Shown here piece after piece: positions 15,001 through 30,000 of a stretch of DNA of 64,000 nucleotides. Position 1 is the stretch's first letter, and every line of letters starts with the position of its first letter. The notes under the pieces are model-generated. The model was given only the letters and a program-made list of their open reading frames with translations. It had not been told where the DNA came from and did not search any database. Source of the DNA: Phoronis australis (lineage: Eukaryota; Animalia; Phoronida). The position numbers were made by a program, and so were the translations under genes. Location: positions 248,707 to 312,706 of the forward strand of contig NMRA01000118.1 of NCBI GenBank assembly GCA_002633005.1, written 5' to 3'.

Positions 15001-18000
15001 AATTGTAACAGCGCCTTCATCTACGCGTTGTACAGACTCACCACTCTTTAAAGTAACACTGAGTATTGTTGGAGCTTTACAGTAGACGGTGTACTCAAGA
15101 CCACTACCAACGGGTTTGCGGTCAGCATAGATGAAGAACACAGTGACCTTTTGTGATTTCGAAACGTCCGGAACAGAACACGTCAACACCTTAGTTTTCA
15201 CGCTTCCTGACATGGACAACTTTCGACCATTCTCTAGCTCTGTTACCAGACAAACAAACATACAGTTTATTATAGACGCGCTCAACTAAAATGTGACCAA
15301 TTTTGCATAAAAATAATTATTTTGCTAAAGTCGTTTTTTCATTTTTCAAATTGATTTTTCATCGTTGTTATGAGTTCTCTCACATTTTCAAGTACTCTCT
15401 GGTGGTAGCTATATTATCAAACAGGCCTTGAACACAGTAAAGCTACAGTAATTTGGAACTACATAAGGCAAGTAAAACGTCATTCATCAGTCATATTGTG
15501 TTGCCAGTCATATTGTGTTCCAAATTGAAAAGACTATTATGATAATACTCTTGCTACTGAGTACAAAGTGGGTAGTGACCCTGTAATATTAAAAACATCT
15601 AAACAGACACACAAGGTTTGCTTCAGAATTAAATACACACAATAATGTTGATGGATTTTTCTCATTCGAAGTCAGCTTGCTAATGAGCTTATTGATTCTT
15701 TTTACTATAATTATAATAAATCATATTTTTGAACAACAATTTTCTTGTTTACAGACGGAGTTGACATCTAAAATTTTAATAGCTGATAACCATATCACTT
15801 ACTAGATTAATTCTCCTCTGTGTACAACATAATATGCCCAATTACAAAACCACCAGGCAGCAGTAGGATTTTGAGGTAAGTGTCATGATGGTCTCTCAGG
15901 GGAAATGCAGAAACTGCCAAAAACATTTCCATTGATCATTTAGGTGTACTTTGGGAGCAAGTTTGTTCAAATCTGTATTTTCTCATTTAGCTGAATGACT
16001 TACCAATTAAGCACCCGGTCGGTGGTGCAGTTTCTTTAGCAAATTCTATCTCAACTTTAACAGTGTTTTTCTCACCACAGCTGATAGTGTACTCATCAAT
16101 TGAGTCGACACGCTTGTAAACTATACCTGAAAGTGAAATCAAATCAGAGGCTTAGACGAAACTAGTCTGAAAGTTTAAACTCTGTCTGGTTAACGCTGCG
16201 TTCAACGCATGTTAACTACAGCACTTGTCACATTGATTCCTTGGTTTGTATCTCTCTCAGAACCAACGTGTTCATTGTGTGATTGGTCTAGAACAGTGTG
16301 AAAGGATTCTAATTTTCCTAAGCCCACAAAAGTGCTCAAGTGAGTACAGAACAAGCTTCTTGAGACTTGCTATCAACCAGAGTGGCCTAAATCACAAGTA
16401 ATTGCCAGATGAAAATTACAGCTGCAGTGATTTGCTTTAATGCTTAATTGAAATTTATATTAAGGTATTTGCTTAAATGTCCAAACCTTCAAGAAAAAAA
16501 TGTTCTGTGATTTTAGTGATGGGGAAAACTATACAGAAGATTCAACAATCAGATGAAAACTGTACACAACAGCTGTTTTTATGTCCATTCCTTTCGTCAC
16601 ACTTTTACATGATGTTCCGATTCATCACAGAAAAAATCTTCTCGAGTTCCTTTAAAATGCGTATGAGTTCATTATGCCCTCCCCCAACCAAACATCACCA
16701 ACATTTTTTTGGGTAAGATGATTCATATGTGCCCTATTGTTCACTTCAGGGCTTGGAATGACCAATGACAAAAAACGCGGAAACTTTTACGGCCCAAATC
16801 ATGCCCGATAACCAGCCTTGAAATGGTCAATGTGAACCTTTCCGCGACAAAAATCGGGAGGACTAAAAAAAAAAAGAAAAAAAAACGTTACCACCATCAG
16901 TAGCATGCGTCTGCGTCCTTTTCGCTCGCTCGTCCACTCCCAACCCACACAATTTTGGCTGCAGAGCGGTAGTATTTGTCGCCGCGCTTGACAATAACAC
17001 GAGCCGCCATTGAAAATCACACCACGCTTTACCTAGATGCCCCGGCAATGTTGACAATTTACGTTCCTCCAAAACATAAAGAGCAACTTCCGCTTTCCGA
17101 GGTGAACGTCGTCTGCAACGCCGCGGTAAGAAAGCAATTTGCCGCGGAAATTTCATATCAAATCCGATCTTTTTACGCGGAAATATTATAAAAAAAGCGG
17201 AAAGCACATTTCAAAAAAGCGGAAATCCGCGTTTCCGCGGAAAATTCCAAGCCCTGTCACTTATAGGCACCCCCATTTATTTATAGACACCCCCACTGTG
17301 TTGCCTACTCCCCAAACAAACTAGAAGCTGATCCTATAACTCTAGGGCCTGTGCAATGCAGCAACTGAAGTCCCAACCAGCAAAATACATTCAACTTAGT
17401 GCTAGGAATATGAAAATGTGAGACATAATGTTGTATCATTCTGTTACTGTATCTTGTACAAACATAGAAACTGATAACTTGCAAAATGCTAGATTTGTAT
17501 TGTAAAAATGATTGAGTTTTATTCATACCACTGCTGTAGGCCAAAATAGTGGTCTTTGTCTTGTCTGTGGCACTTTTATATGATGAACCAAACTTGACAG
17601 TCAACTCATAAACACCAGCAACTAGTGTGGCTTCACATTTCAGTTTTCTCTTAGAATCTGGAGTTCCTGCCACTTCAGTCGCCTGTGCTCCATCAGAGGG
17701 AGTGAATACACACTTGGAGTCAGCATCAAATCCACCACCAATCACCATAAATTCCTACAATGACAATTGATAACAATGCATAGCAGGCTCTGTAAAGCAC
17801 AATTAAGAAACACCCTAATAGAACACAAGCGCGTCAGTAACACACAAAAATAAGGAGTACACGCAACACAAATCCTACTCTTCCTTCAACTCATAATCAA
17901 TTTCATAACATGAAATGTTCGTGATAGAATCTCAGGGGTTACAGGGACTATAAACTTGACACGCTTTTATCAGTCATTTCAATAGTTTATTACCCATTCT

Positions 18001-21000
18001 GGCTGTAGGGTCAATAAACATGATGGTAATTACGCCTGGTTTGGCAATGGAACTTAACGCTCTCAGGTAATGTGTATAGGTGTGAAATCGCATGTTAACA
18101 GTCAAACAAAGGTTTGTGGTTTTCTCAAGAATTTCAGAAAATGAGTCGAGGTTTTTCAGGTCGGACTATCACGACCGAAATCCAGTTGATGAGTGTGACA
18201 TCGTTCTCCAAAATGCTTACAAGGAGTGAAAAGATTTCTACAGGACGTTACAGAAACTTACCTCAAGATCAGTTGAAAAAAAGATATTATGGTGTCTATT
18301 GCATCTGTCTAGTATAGTTTTAGTAGTGTGCCGTGAACATAGGAGAAGGAAATGCTGAACAATTAGTAAGCTTTTCAATTTGTCGCAATTTCTGTGATAA
18401 TGCACAGGATTTTTGAAAATTGAGCACACAGGGCATTTATCTGCATGAAATGAGCTACAACTGCACCTAACGATTCCACAAACATGACCCCACAACCACA
18501 TCAAATGACATCACAACTGAACCAAATGACTCTAATGTTCAGGCAAGAACAACATGATTATACAAAGTAACCCTTCAGAATGTTGATTGGTAACCGAAGC
18601 AGACACAATTTTCCGAGATGAAATCCAATTACTTGTTAGCTATCAAATGCAAAAGTTATCCAAATTTGGGTCTCCTAAAACATACTCAGGTAATGCAACA
18701 GTTTTTAAACATCTGCTAATCTTAAAGCCACTCCCAATGGTATAGTGCAATAAGGGCTGTTCAATGTCAAATGATTGTGAGTAGTAAAAAATATTAGAAA
18801 CGACGACGGTTTTACTCCCAACTATTGATAAATTTGTCTCAGCAGCAAGGTGTCCTTGCGGATTAAGCGAACAAGGACACTTGGCCACACAAAAATATGA
18901 CAAAACCTAAGAGATGTTTGATCGAGGTTAAACAAAGATGACCTTGAACGTCGATAAACTGACCTGTTTAACACCAGCAGGAACAGCCAACGGAAAGACA
19001 GAGACCACAGCAGTACAAGATGATCCATCACCTCCACACACACCACACGCATCCTTTTGTTTGCCACTGTAAAATTCATCAAATATAATCTGACTCGCAA
19101 AACTAGAACTAGAATGAAAAATTATGATGTCTCTTAAGACAACCGGTCAAATCCAAAGTCATTGCATTCTATTTTCTACTTGATATCTGATGTTGAAGAT
19201 TGACACATAAAGCGGCTATTAGCCCAACTTCACCTCTTCTTCTTCTGATTTAGCACATTACGGGACAAAAATCTGGTCCTAAAGGATAAGAGAAGATTCC
19301 TGGACTTGAGAAGAACTGTCACTTCATTACTGCTTCAGAACAGACTCAATATAAGTTGGCTTAATTGTCACCGCATGTCACAATATGTGCCAAGCGTGGA
19401 GTCTCAAGAGCTACCAAACTGACAGCTCCAAAGCTCAGAAACTATTCCTCACTGAGTCATTGAGGAATAAATTGAGACCAATTCTATAGAAGAGAGTTAT
19501 CTCAATCAAAGCTTTCATTTTTGACAGCCATGAAAGGCCGGTTTATAGACGCTTCAACTGCACCACACTAAATTACAAACATAGGGCTGGTCTACACGCC
19601 ATCTGTTGACCATATTTACATGCATCACAAGCCCGGTTTGCATGCCATCTGTTGGCCATACTTACATGCACCACACAAAACTTCAAACATCTCAAGGTGA
19701 AATGTTGTGTATGCATATTACTGAGTAAAGTTTCCAAGAAATTTGGATTTTTTCTTTTTTTTGACGGATTACGTTAAGAAATTTTAAATCTAATTATCTA
19801 TTGACCAAGCTTTACAGCTATATTATTTTTCATTCAATCAATTAACTCAATCTTGTTCACTTGGTAATTGTCTCTCTTGCTACCTACTAAACAAGTGGAT
19901 TTGCCTGAGAGTTTCAAAGCAGCCACCTTCTGACCCTACTTACCCATTAGGTACGCCATCACAGTCTTTACAAGATGAACCGTTGCCCCCGCACATCCCG
20001 CAGACGTCCCTCACATCGCTCATTTTCAGAGGTGACTTCCCTCCAACGCACTTGTAACACGTCCTAGAGTTATTCTGAGCACCATTAAGCAATGATCCTG
20101 AAAAACAGCATCCAATGGTTTTATAGGAATCATTCACCTTTAATTACTTCTATTACATTTAAAGCTGGACGTACAAAAAGAGAAGATAAAACAGTAGCAG
20201 AGAGTGACTAAGATATTATAAGTTATTAACTATTACAAGCTGTTAACTGTGTTTGAAAGTACCAGATGAAATTTAAAATTTCACCTCAACCTGAACTGAA
20301 ATCCTGGTGTAGAGCCTACAGCAATTGAACAATGTAGTAGAACAGCAGTTGAAGTTTGAACACAAAAAGCCTTTAACTTCAACTTTTTTATGTAGGTATC
20401 CTATCCAAGCAGATCATAATTAAAAACTAAAACAAGTTGCTTACTGTAATCTGGGTGACACGTGCCGGCACAGTCCTTCAAACGGCTGCCATAGGGGAAC
20501 TTGGTGGTGTCCTCAATCGTCTTTTCACACTTGCCACAAGTGTCATTCTTTCTCGTACCATTGCATACATTTGCACAGTCTCGAAGATATCCAAAATGAT
20601 TCAAACTCAAACCAGTGGCTCCACCTGCAGGGTCAATTAACAGACTGAGTGAATGAAATGATCTACTTCAGGAGTCGAGCAGCAGGTGGACTACCTTATC
20701 AAGACCAGTGAAATGAAGCAAAGGACCATAGTACAAACATTTTTGTAACAGTTACTAAACAACAAAATACAAACAACGAATCAGACTTCAAAGCTAATCC
20801 TAAAAATATTCTTAGTAAAATTAAGGTCATACCTTGTGAAAAAACGAATTACAGAAAATGAAACTTACACACAACTCAAAGGAAAAAGTTGCCTCACCGC
20901 TCAACTATGCTTCAAGCAAATTTTCAAGAAAAGAATTTTAGTAAAAACATTTTTACTATTACCAGTCAATACCAAATTTTAAGTGAAGGTATCAGTAAGT

Positions 21001-24000
21001 AGGCTCAACAAATAAGATTGATGAGGCGCACTACACCATCACTGTGACTTACCAACACATTGCTTCGCACAGGTATCCAACCGAGCACTGTCACCCTTTC
21101 CGTAATTCGGTGAATTGCGACAACTTCCACATGCTTTTCCAAAGTCCATACTCCTGCCAGTAGTGCCCAGAACACACAAGCCGCAATCGTTGACCACAGC
21201 CTCACCATTGCACACACCTGCGCAGTCCTTTTTGCCCGGCTCAATAGAGTTAGTTGACGTACACACTTCTGAGGAAAGATGGACACAATTTGAATCATTC
21301 TGGGCTGGGCTATTCAGAATCCATATGGGGGTAATATTTTATTATTTAAGCACCTGATGCACCTGAAGCACCCTCATGGAAGGTGTTTAGGATGGGTGAC
21401 GAACTTGAGATACCACAATTTGATCTCTGACACAACCTTCCCTTAATTCTTAATGCTTAGATTCTCGTACAACACTCGATGACTTCATACACATCGATGA
21501 CTCACCTGAGGAATATGCATAGGAAATGTTTTTAACTTGGAATTCACCAAACTTGCTCAGTGACGACATCTTGTTTAGTTGCTCCTTGATTTTCTGTTCT
21601 CCTAATTTATTGAAGATACCTCCATAGGTGACTCTTACCAGGTTGTCGTTAATTTTGCTGCAAAAACATTTATTACAGCCTACTATCAACAAGAACTTAA
21701 GAGTGTTTATTAAATTTCTCAATCATCACTTAAGCAAGTTAATCATTATCAATTCTTATTTTCCTACAACATAACACTAGTTACTTTAAGCTACACTTTC
21801 ACAACACACTTAGTTTTCAAAAGTCGATGAGTTTTGTTGAAATATGTCTCACTTGGTCAACACAAATGAAAAAATAACACTAAAATCACTTCAAAACTGG
21901 CCAGAATTTTTTGATTTTACATTGATATTTTGACAATTTCAGACAAGAAGGAATTTTGAAAATTTTTTTGCTTCTTAAATAAAATGAAATCACTAATCAA
22001 CAAGTGCCTTGATTTTGAAGTTCAAACATTTGAAAATTGAGAAACTTTTGTGCACCCCACAATACTTGGACGAGTGCCGCTAGTGTTGCGCCCCCAAATG
22101 GCAATAATAATCGCTGACGTCCACCATGTAACCTGTGAAATTCTTTAAAAGATTTTTGTTAAATTCAGCAGTTATGTCTTCATCAATGAGAAGAATCCTC
22201 CAATTTTTTTGATAACTAGCGCCCAATTTAAGTTTTTTAGCAGTTGGGCATCTCTAATTCTAGTGGAAATGTTTGAAAACAAAAGAATCCCTTTCATAAC
22301 TCATGGGCACATATCAACAGGCAACATTCCTTTATTATTTTAATAGTTCTTTTAGAAGATTATGAAAAACAATTATAGTCTGTGGCATTAAAGGCTGCAA
22401 TGTGTGGATTTTAGAGAGGCGACTAAGCTATGTTCAAACTGAATTCAAATTTGAAGTATTTTTTGCAAAGTCCTGTCAATGATTGGCGTAGAGAACAAAG
22501 ACACCATTTTTTTAATAACAAAAACAACGTGGCGCGTTGAAATGAGCTCACGAATGCATTGCAAATGGTGTGCTTTTAGGATTATTTATTTGGATCATAA
22601 AAATGGCCACCACGTACAATCCATCCAAAAACGGGAACACACCATATTTTATAAAAATCTGTCAAAGAACTTCAGAGAAACAAAGGAAAACAGAATAAAA
22701 TGAAATTGCCACTTGTGGGCACAGCGTCCGTTGGATACGCCTGAAAGTCGTTTGTTGTTATCTTCATATAAATACACTTACTAAATTTAATAAAGATCCT
22801 GCATGGGTTTAGGAGATACAGCCAGACGCAAAAAAAAAACTGCCACTAAGAGGCGCCACAGTAGTCGAAGTCGTCAGAAAATCATCATCAGCCGTCCACT
22901 TCATAGTATTTAACATACATGCCAATTTCACAATCATCCTTTGAGCGGTTTGTTTGATAGAGGGGTGGACGCAAAAAGACTCAAAGAAAGTAAAAATGGC
23001 CACAAGGTGGCGCAAACTATGTCGAATCCATCCAAAAATGGGAGGATAGCGTCATCTCACTAATAGGTGCCTGTACACCAAATTTTATGAAAATCTATTT
23101 AGGATTTTTGAAGATACAGACTAGGTAAACGTAGTACCTATACACCAAATTTTATGAAAATCTGTTTAGGATTTTTGAAGATACAGACGTAAACGTAAAA
23201 AACTAAAATTGCCACTAGGGAGCACACGGGTAGTCAGAACCGTCTGAAAGTTTGTTCATACCATCCCATCCCAGAAAATTTCATGAACATACATCAAGGT
23301 GTTTTGCAGATAGATCAGCGCACGCCGGACGGACGGAGATGATGGCATAATGCGTCCACATATAAATATGTGGGTGCATAAAAACGGCCATGATGGCTGT
23401 TTGCAGTTAAATAAGCAATGCTGAGCTTCAAAACATTTCTAGCAGTGTCAAATGTATTCCCAGGCATGTACTTCGATTTGACTTTTGGACAAGTAAATGA
23501 CGTCCAAGACATATAAGTTCAGGGTTTGTTCCTAAATCTCTGTATCAGTGGTGCATTACTAACGTTATTTCGCAGTTGTAATCAATCCATGCATTGAGGT
23601 TGCTGTCCTGCATAGCCTTCAGTAGACTCTGACGCATGAGATGGCACATCTGCACATGTGGGAAGAGATCCTTATTCAACAGACTACTGTCAAAGGCCTT
23701 CACGACATCCACAAATACGTCAACGCGTTCTGAAACAAATGCACGTGGTCAACACAAACAGCAGATTTCAAATAGGGTTGAGAACATTTAACCCCGGAGG
23801 TCCACAAAGGACAGGAAAGCTGTCAAAATGGGACCCACATTGAAAGAAAACAGAGTATGCATCAGAGCATAGTGCTTAAAACATCAAAATTTAAATTACA
23901 TGGCCTTAAGGTTACGTAGGCCCTTTTAGAAAATCTTAATTTGGCTAACATGAACTGCTCCCCAAGACAATGTTAGGGATCATTTTTCAAATGACCCACT

Positions 24001-27000
24001 TTTGCATTGGGAACCAGCAAAATAGTAATTTAATGAAATTAAAAGTTGGATGAACTGAAAACAAAATAATTTAAAACTTTGTAACTGCAGCATTGTTGAG
24101 AACATTTATATCAAATGAAATTTGGTCATGTCATTGATATCATAGTTTTGCTACCAAATGTACCCTCCTTTTTGGTAATTCTTAGTAAAAAGACTTGGTC
24201 ACATGACCCATTTCATGGATAGATTAGTAAAAAGTCAAACATCAAATTATACAAACCTGCTACTTTCAGATACTTTTAAAGAATTTTAGTTATTTAGCTA
24301 AATAAAAAGACTAATTAATAATAATAATATTTTAATAATAATAATAATAATAAATTAAATAAAACTTCTGAAACCAGAAATGAACATCATTATGACTCAC
24401 TGCCATTTTTCACTGTGTTTTACATTACAGTGAATCTGTAAAATCTTACGAAACTAACTAAAGCTAAATTAATTTTCCAAGTATCTTTAACTTTTCGTAT
24501 AAATGACAGTTGCTAGAATTTTTAAGAGTATTTTACTCTAGTAACGTACCTGTGTAGAAAACAAAAGGTTTGGATTGAACGCACTGAGACGGTGTACCGC
24601 AGCTATACGTGATGCTCTTTGTAGCACAGTCACCCAGGGTGCTACTTCCGTCCATGTAGCCGGCGACCATATTGCCATTACTATCCAGCCTCATCCTGCG
24701 CATGTAGTGAGACAGTTTGATCCACTTGGTGATGTTTTTGAACGAGGGAAACTCTGGCTGATCTAGCACCAAAGAGGGGTACATGACCTGAATATAGGGA
24801 ACACCCTGCACCACACGTACTTGACCTTTCAACTCAGGCACGCTCTTTTTCAGCAGCAGCCATTGGTCCTTAGGTTCATCATAGTAGAGGCTGAGAGAAG
24901 AGCAGTCTGAAACAGTCAACCCCAATTAAGTGACTTGGTTATTAAGGTATACAGTAGGCAGTGCAAACAAATCTCATTTATAATTATAATATTCAATACA
25001 GCAGGTTTCAAACGTTGCCTTCGATCTGGTCTATAGTCGGAAAGGCTTGATCCAGAAGCATTCGCTTCAGTGTACAACACATTGCTTGTTGATACACTGG
25101 TTAAGTATCTATGAGTCATTGCTACTGTGCCGATTACCCAGGTCCACACAAAAATAACATTCAGTCTCAGTGATACAGCGGGCAGTTGACACACTGCACT
25201 TCTTGTAACATTTACTATGAACAAGGTAATAGAATGCTTGTGTCCAATACTGCCAAGCAGGAAGAGAGCGAAGACCTGAGTTGTCTGCCTTAAAGCCGGA
25301 ATTATGTAATTTTAGATGTATTGGGCTAACCATGCAGATAGTCCTAGTAAAGCCTTAGTAAAATAAGAAAACGCGAGTTCAATCATACAAGTACAACCCT
25401 CTCAAATGATAGGTGAAGTGCATCACCAATAGATCCCAGCACAAACAACAAAGGGTTGTATTGAATAGGGGTCTGAATAAAACACCATTACGTGCGGATG
25501 TTATATTTGCAGCTGTTTGAATTATAAGGTGATTCTTGCAGTGATGTAGACAAAAGCAAACCTATACGCCTAACAGTTTGTTACGTTTGGCAATTTATGA
25601 CACTAGTGGGCTCAGGGCAATGCTCTTAGCGTACTGTAGGAACCAAATTTACTTAGTGTTACCATTCATGACAGGCTTTAAGTGAACTGAGAGGTCAGGT
25701 TGCATGTCAATATGTGAACAATTAAATGAAGTAGCAGCTACAGTAGTCAGCTCATTTGAGGCGGAAAGCTTAGCTCCTAGTTCACCTTCTACAGTGACTA
25801 CGGTGGATTGTACAATTTAGACAAAATTCCAAAGAGAATAATTTTCTGCAATAATTGATTAGTCAATCGTCAATAGGGAGTTCACATTTCACAAGGAGGT
25901 GCTGGTTGGACAGTGTATAGCCTAAATGTATTCATGGGACCTTTAACATTTTAACTCTGGTGAATGGCTTTTTATTTCAGAAAAACACACTGACCAATTC
26001 TTAATAACATAGTCACACATTAGCGGCCATCTTTGATAAGCACTGGTCTCCAATAAGCGCCAACTGAAATAACAACTCTGACCGCACTTCAGTTCTACTG
26101 GATAGTCTATGGCCTACCATTAACTAAATGTAAGTCAACATAATGCATAGTGTTATTTTGGTAACGTGGTCACAATCTACAGTATGTGAGATATGGGTCT
26201 GCAAAACTCAGGCCTTGTTGAAGCATGCCAGGTTTTAATAAACAACGGTTTGGAATAAGCGCCGAGTCAAAAATGCCTTTCAAAATAAGAGCCTGGGCGC
26301 CAAGATACAACAGTAAGCGCCTCCTGTAGTATATCAATAGAGCTTACCAATAATCCGGAATCCACAAAATAAATTTACATGCATTTTTACTCTGTTCATG
26401 TAGATCGACAGCCAGGCTGTGCACATAGACACAAGTTCTCCTTTTTCCTTTTTGACAACATTTCTCACATTATTCCACTGACAATCATTATTTCTTCTGA
26501 CCACGTGGACACTCGACATTTTATCAGGCTTCAACACCTGTTGCCACCATTTTGTTGGATGCACAAGACACAGTGCAACTCTTACCTCGTTTCACACAGG
26601 GTTCTCTAATACCTAAAAAAAAATTGATGGAAATTCAGTTCATTTCCCCATGGCGACTATCAAGGATTTGTGTGTTAATTACAAATAATGAATAAATACA
26701 TTGACTTCAACAGTGGCAACTGCACATCGGTAAACCAGAAAATGAGACACACTTTGATAAAAACGGTTTGCCAACTTTCATGAAAATATATCAAACACAG
26801 TAAAATGTTACTTGTGGGATAAAGATTGATATGAATGTAAAAAACAGCTGTACTAGTTGAATACGTCAGAAAATTTCCAGGTGCTATTTCATTCATGAAA
26901 GCATCATGTTAGCAAAATATCACAAACATCAAGGAGAACATGGAGTTTTAGAGAAACTGTTTTAAGGGAAAATATCTTAATTCCAAACTTAGGAAAACCA

Positions 27001-30000
27001 GAGTTTGAGATTAGTTCACGTACCCTGAATCATGTTATCAACAGGTTTCAAGACACTCTCAATCATGAACTTGTCTACCTCCCTGAATGCTGCAGCGATA
27101 GCTACTGTTACATTGTTGAGCATTTTCCAGCGAATCCCAGGCAAGCTTGCTTTGACAAAGCGGAAGACGCAGTCGATTACACTACAATTTGAATGTGAAT
27201 CTACATCAGTCACTTATAATACAATGATGGCCCGTAATTGGTCACTACAGGCACACAACACTACAATGATGGTCAGTTGGTCATTCTCATCAAAAAGACA
27301 ATGACATGGTCAAAACAAAACCTTTGACTATAAATTTTCAAATGACTTCTAATAATTAATTTATTTCTGATTAAGGAGATTTGGCAGTACACGCATAAAA
27401 CAAGATCACCACAAGGGGGCGACACAGTAGTGGGACCCCAAAATTCAACATCAGTAGTGGCCTCCTCATCAGGAACGCATCGTCATAAACCTTTGAATGG
27501 ACGCAAAAATAACAAAAATGGCCACAAGGAGATATAAAAATCCATGGAATCTGTCTAAAAACAGAATGGCATCATCGTCTCTTCACCTATTTGCTGATTG
27601 TGAAAATCCATTGCAGAGCTTCGAAGATACACATTATGGTAAACGTAAAAACTAAAATTGCTACCAAGGAGCATCTGTTGTTAAGTCGAACAGGAACACA
27701 ACTAGCTGCCAAACTTCATCAAGACCCTACATGGTTTTAGGAGATACATCAGCAGATGCCGTCGTAATATTATGTGGGCGCATAAAACATTCTCAGCCAT
27801 ATTTCTAGATTATAAGATTACAACTACTATTAAACACTTTTGAAGTTTTTAAAGTAATGAACTAACACATACATAGGTGGTACAAGTTTTAACAGCAAAC
27901 AGATCAGTTCAGTGACTGGCCGTGTCATAACAGAAGGCAAATTTGGAGATTTTAATGTTTATACATATCTGCAAAGGATGAATACATTAACTGAACAGTT
28001 ATTAAATAGAGTTATCAAGTTTTTTGATATCAAGCCTTCAGAAAACTCAAGCCCAGTAACATCAGACATCGCTTGAAGTGATCAGCTCTTCGGACTCTCG
28101 GCCCTTAATTTGGACCATGGCCCTTCGGACTATATTGACCCGATAGAATTTTTGCCTCTTGCACTTAACGGTACACCACAATCTCAAAGAAGTGTTTTGA
28201 GCCAGGGAACATCCCATAAGTATATGAGTATTCAAACAATGAATTCCAAAATATTACCCATACTTCTTTGCGTGACCGCAGCACCACCCTAGCGAATCAT
28301 TTACGAGCTGATATCAACAATGACATGCCATGACTGCAGTCAGAGCAAACATGCTTGGACTTCAAACCAATAGACTGGAATTTACGATTATTATAAGTCA
28401 ACCGAGTCACAATAATCTAATAACCCAATGACTCTAAAACCATCTGCCATTTTCAGTAACTTACTGGTCAGTGCCTACACACGCAGTGTTTGCCTTTGCA
28501 GAAACAGCTCCAATAGCCTGCATCCACACAGTTGCGTTGAACCAAGCCTTGAGAGGGGACTGCGGAGCTCCTATTGCTCCTATCAGCTGCATTACTGGTT
28601 TGTCGAGATCGACAGACTCTCTGAGTTCTTCAAGAAATGCTGTCTCATCAAAGGTCTGGCCATCATACTTTTGAAACATCTTGAAATGAGAAAAGTAAGC
28701 AGACGCAGATTGGTGACACAGAGCAAACAGTAGACATACAAGGAGAAAATGTCCTGCAAAGAACAGAATACAAAGAGCAGACGTCATGCAAAGGCAGCTG
28801 AAGGGTCACACTTGAACATCTGGTCTCAACACTTAAACACACAATTTGTGGTCCATTACCTTTTCTTGCTACAAGTGTCACACGAATGTCTAGCATTAGA
28901 GACCATGCAACTAGTAATCAGGTCATTGTATGAAACAGCTGAATAATTAAGCTCATAGCAACCAGGTCATTGTATGGAACAGGTGAATATTTATTTGACT
29001 GCTTACCAGTTGGTAGAGAGCCTTAACCATCTTGTCATTAGCTGCCAGACCAGCTAATTCAGTCTCCAACTTGGCAGTGTCCAGGCCACAGACTAGTTGA
29101 GTCAGCGGGTTGTCACCTATTACGCTATGTAAATCAGATGATTGGACACACGCATCATCGTGTTGTAGTGCTTTTGTAAATTTGGCCAACTGCAACATAT
29201 TATGTAATTTTAGCACGGAGTAACTTACATTTAAGATGGTTACAAAAGGAAAAACTAATTGACTTTGAGCTTTTGACCAAAAAATCATGTTTCAGGACAT
29301 CAACAGTTGTGTTTGATTTGTTGGTAAGAAGGACATAGTTGAAGACATAACTGAACATAGCTATTGACCTGTTGGTTGAAAGGAAATATTTGAGGACATA
29401 TCTTATGTCATTTTAAGACAGTACATGAACAGTCCTGTTGAGCTGTTGTTCAGAAGATGACATCAACAGTAATGTTGGACTGTTGGTAAAAAAATCAGTT
29501 CTGTTACGCTGTTGGCTAATAGCTAGGTCATATCTGAAGACATCAACAGTCATATTGGGCTGTTGGTTACAAGGTCAACATTCTTGTTCATTAATCGCTA
29601 TTCACTGGAAAGCATGTGTGAATTTTTATTCCTTGCCTTGACAGGGAGCTGATGTTTGTCTGCTGGACCGTTGTTGGCTAATGAAACAATGAAGACCGAA
29701 AATGTCTAAAGAGAATCCTAAACATGTATATCACCATAATCAGCATTAAAATTATTAATTTCTTTAGCAGGAGTCTTAAATGTCAAATGCCACATTACAT
29801 ACCTTCACATGGTCAACGGCAACAAGGGCGGCCTTTTCAAACACAGTGGGCAGTTGCTGGGTCAAAAGGTCAACAATCTTCTTCATCTCCACAGTGTTGG
29901 CAAACACAGTGGACAGGTAGTTCAAAGAACCTGACAGAGAGCAAAAAATGTTTAGATTATTGCAATCATTGGATCAAAATTTAGACATTGCAGTCAAATG

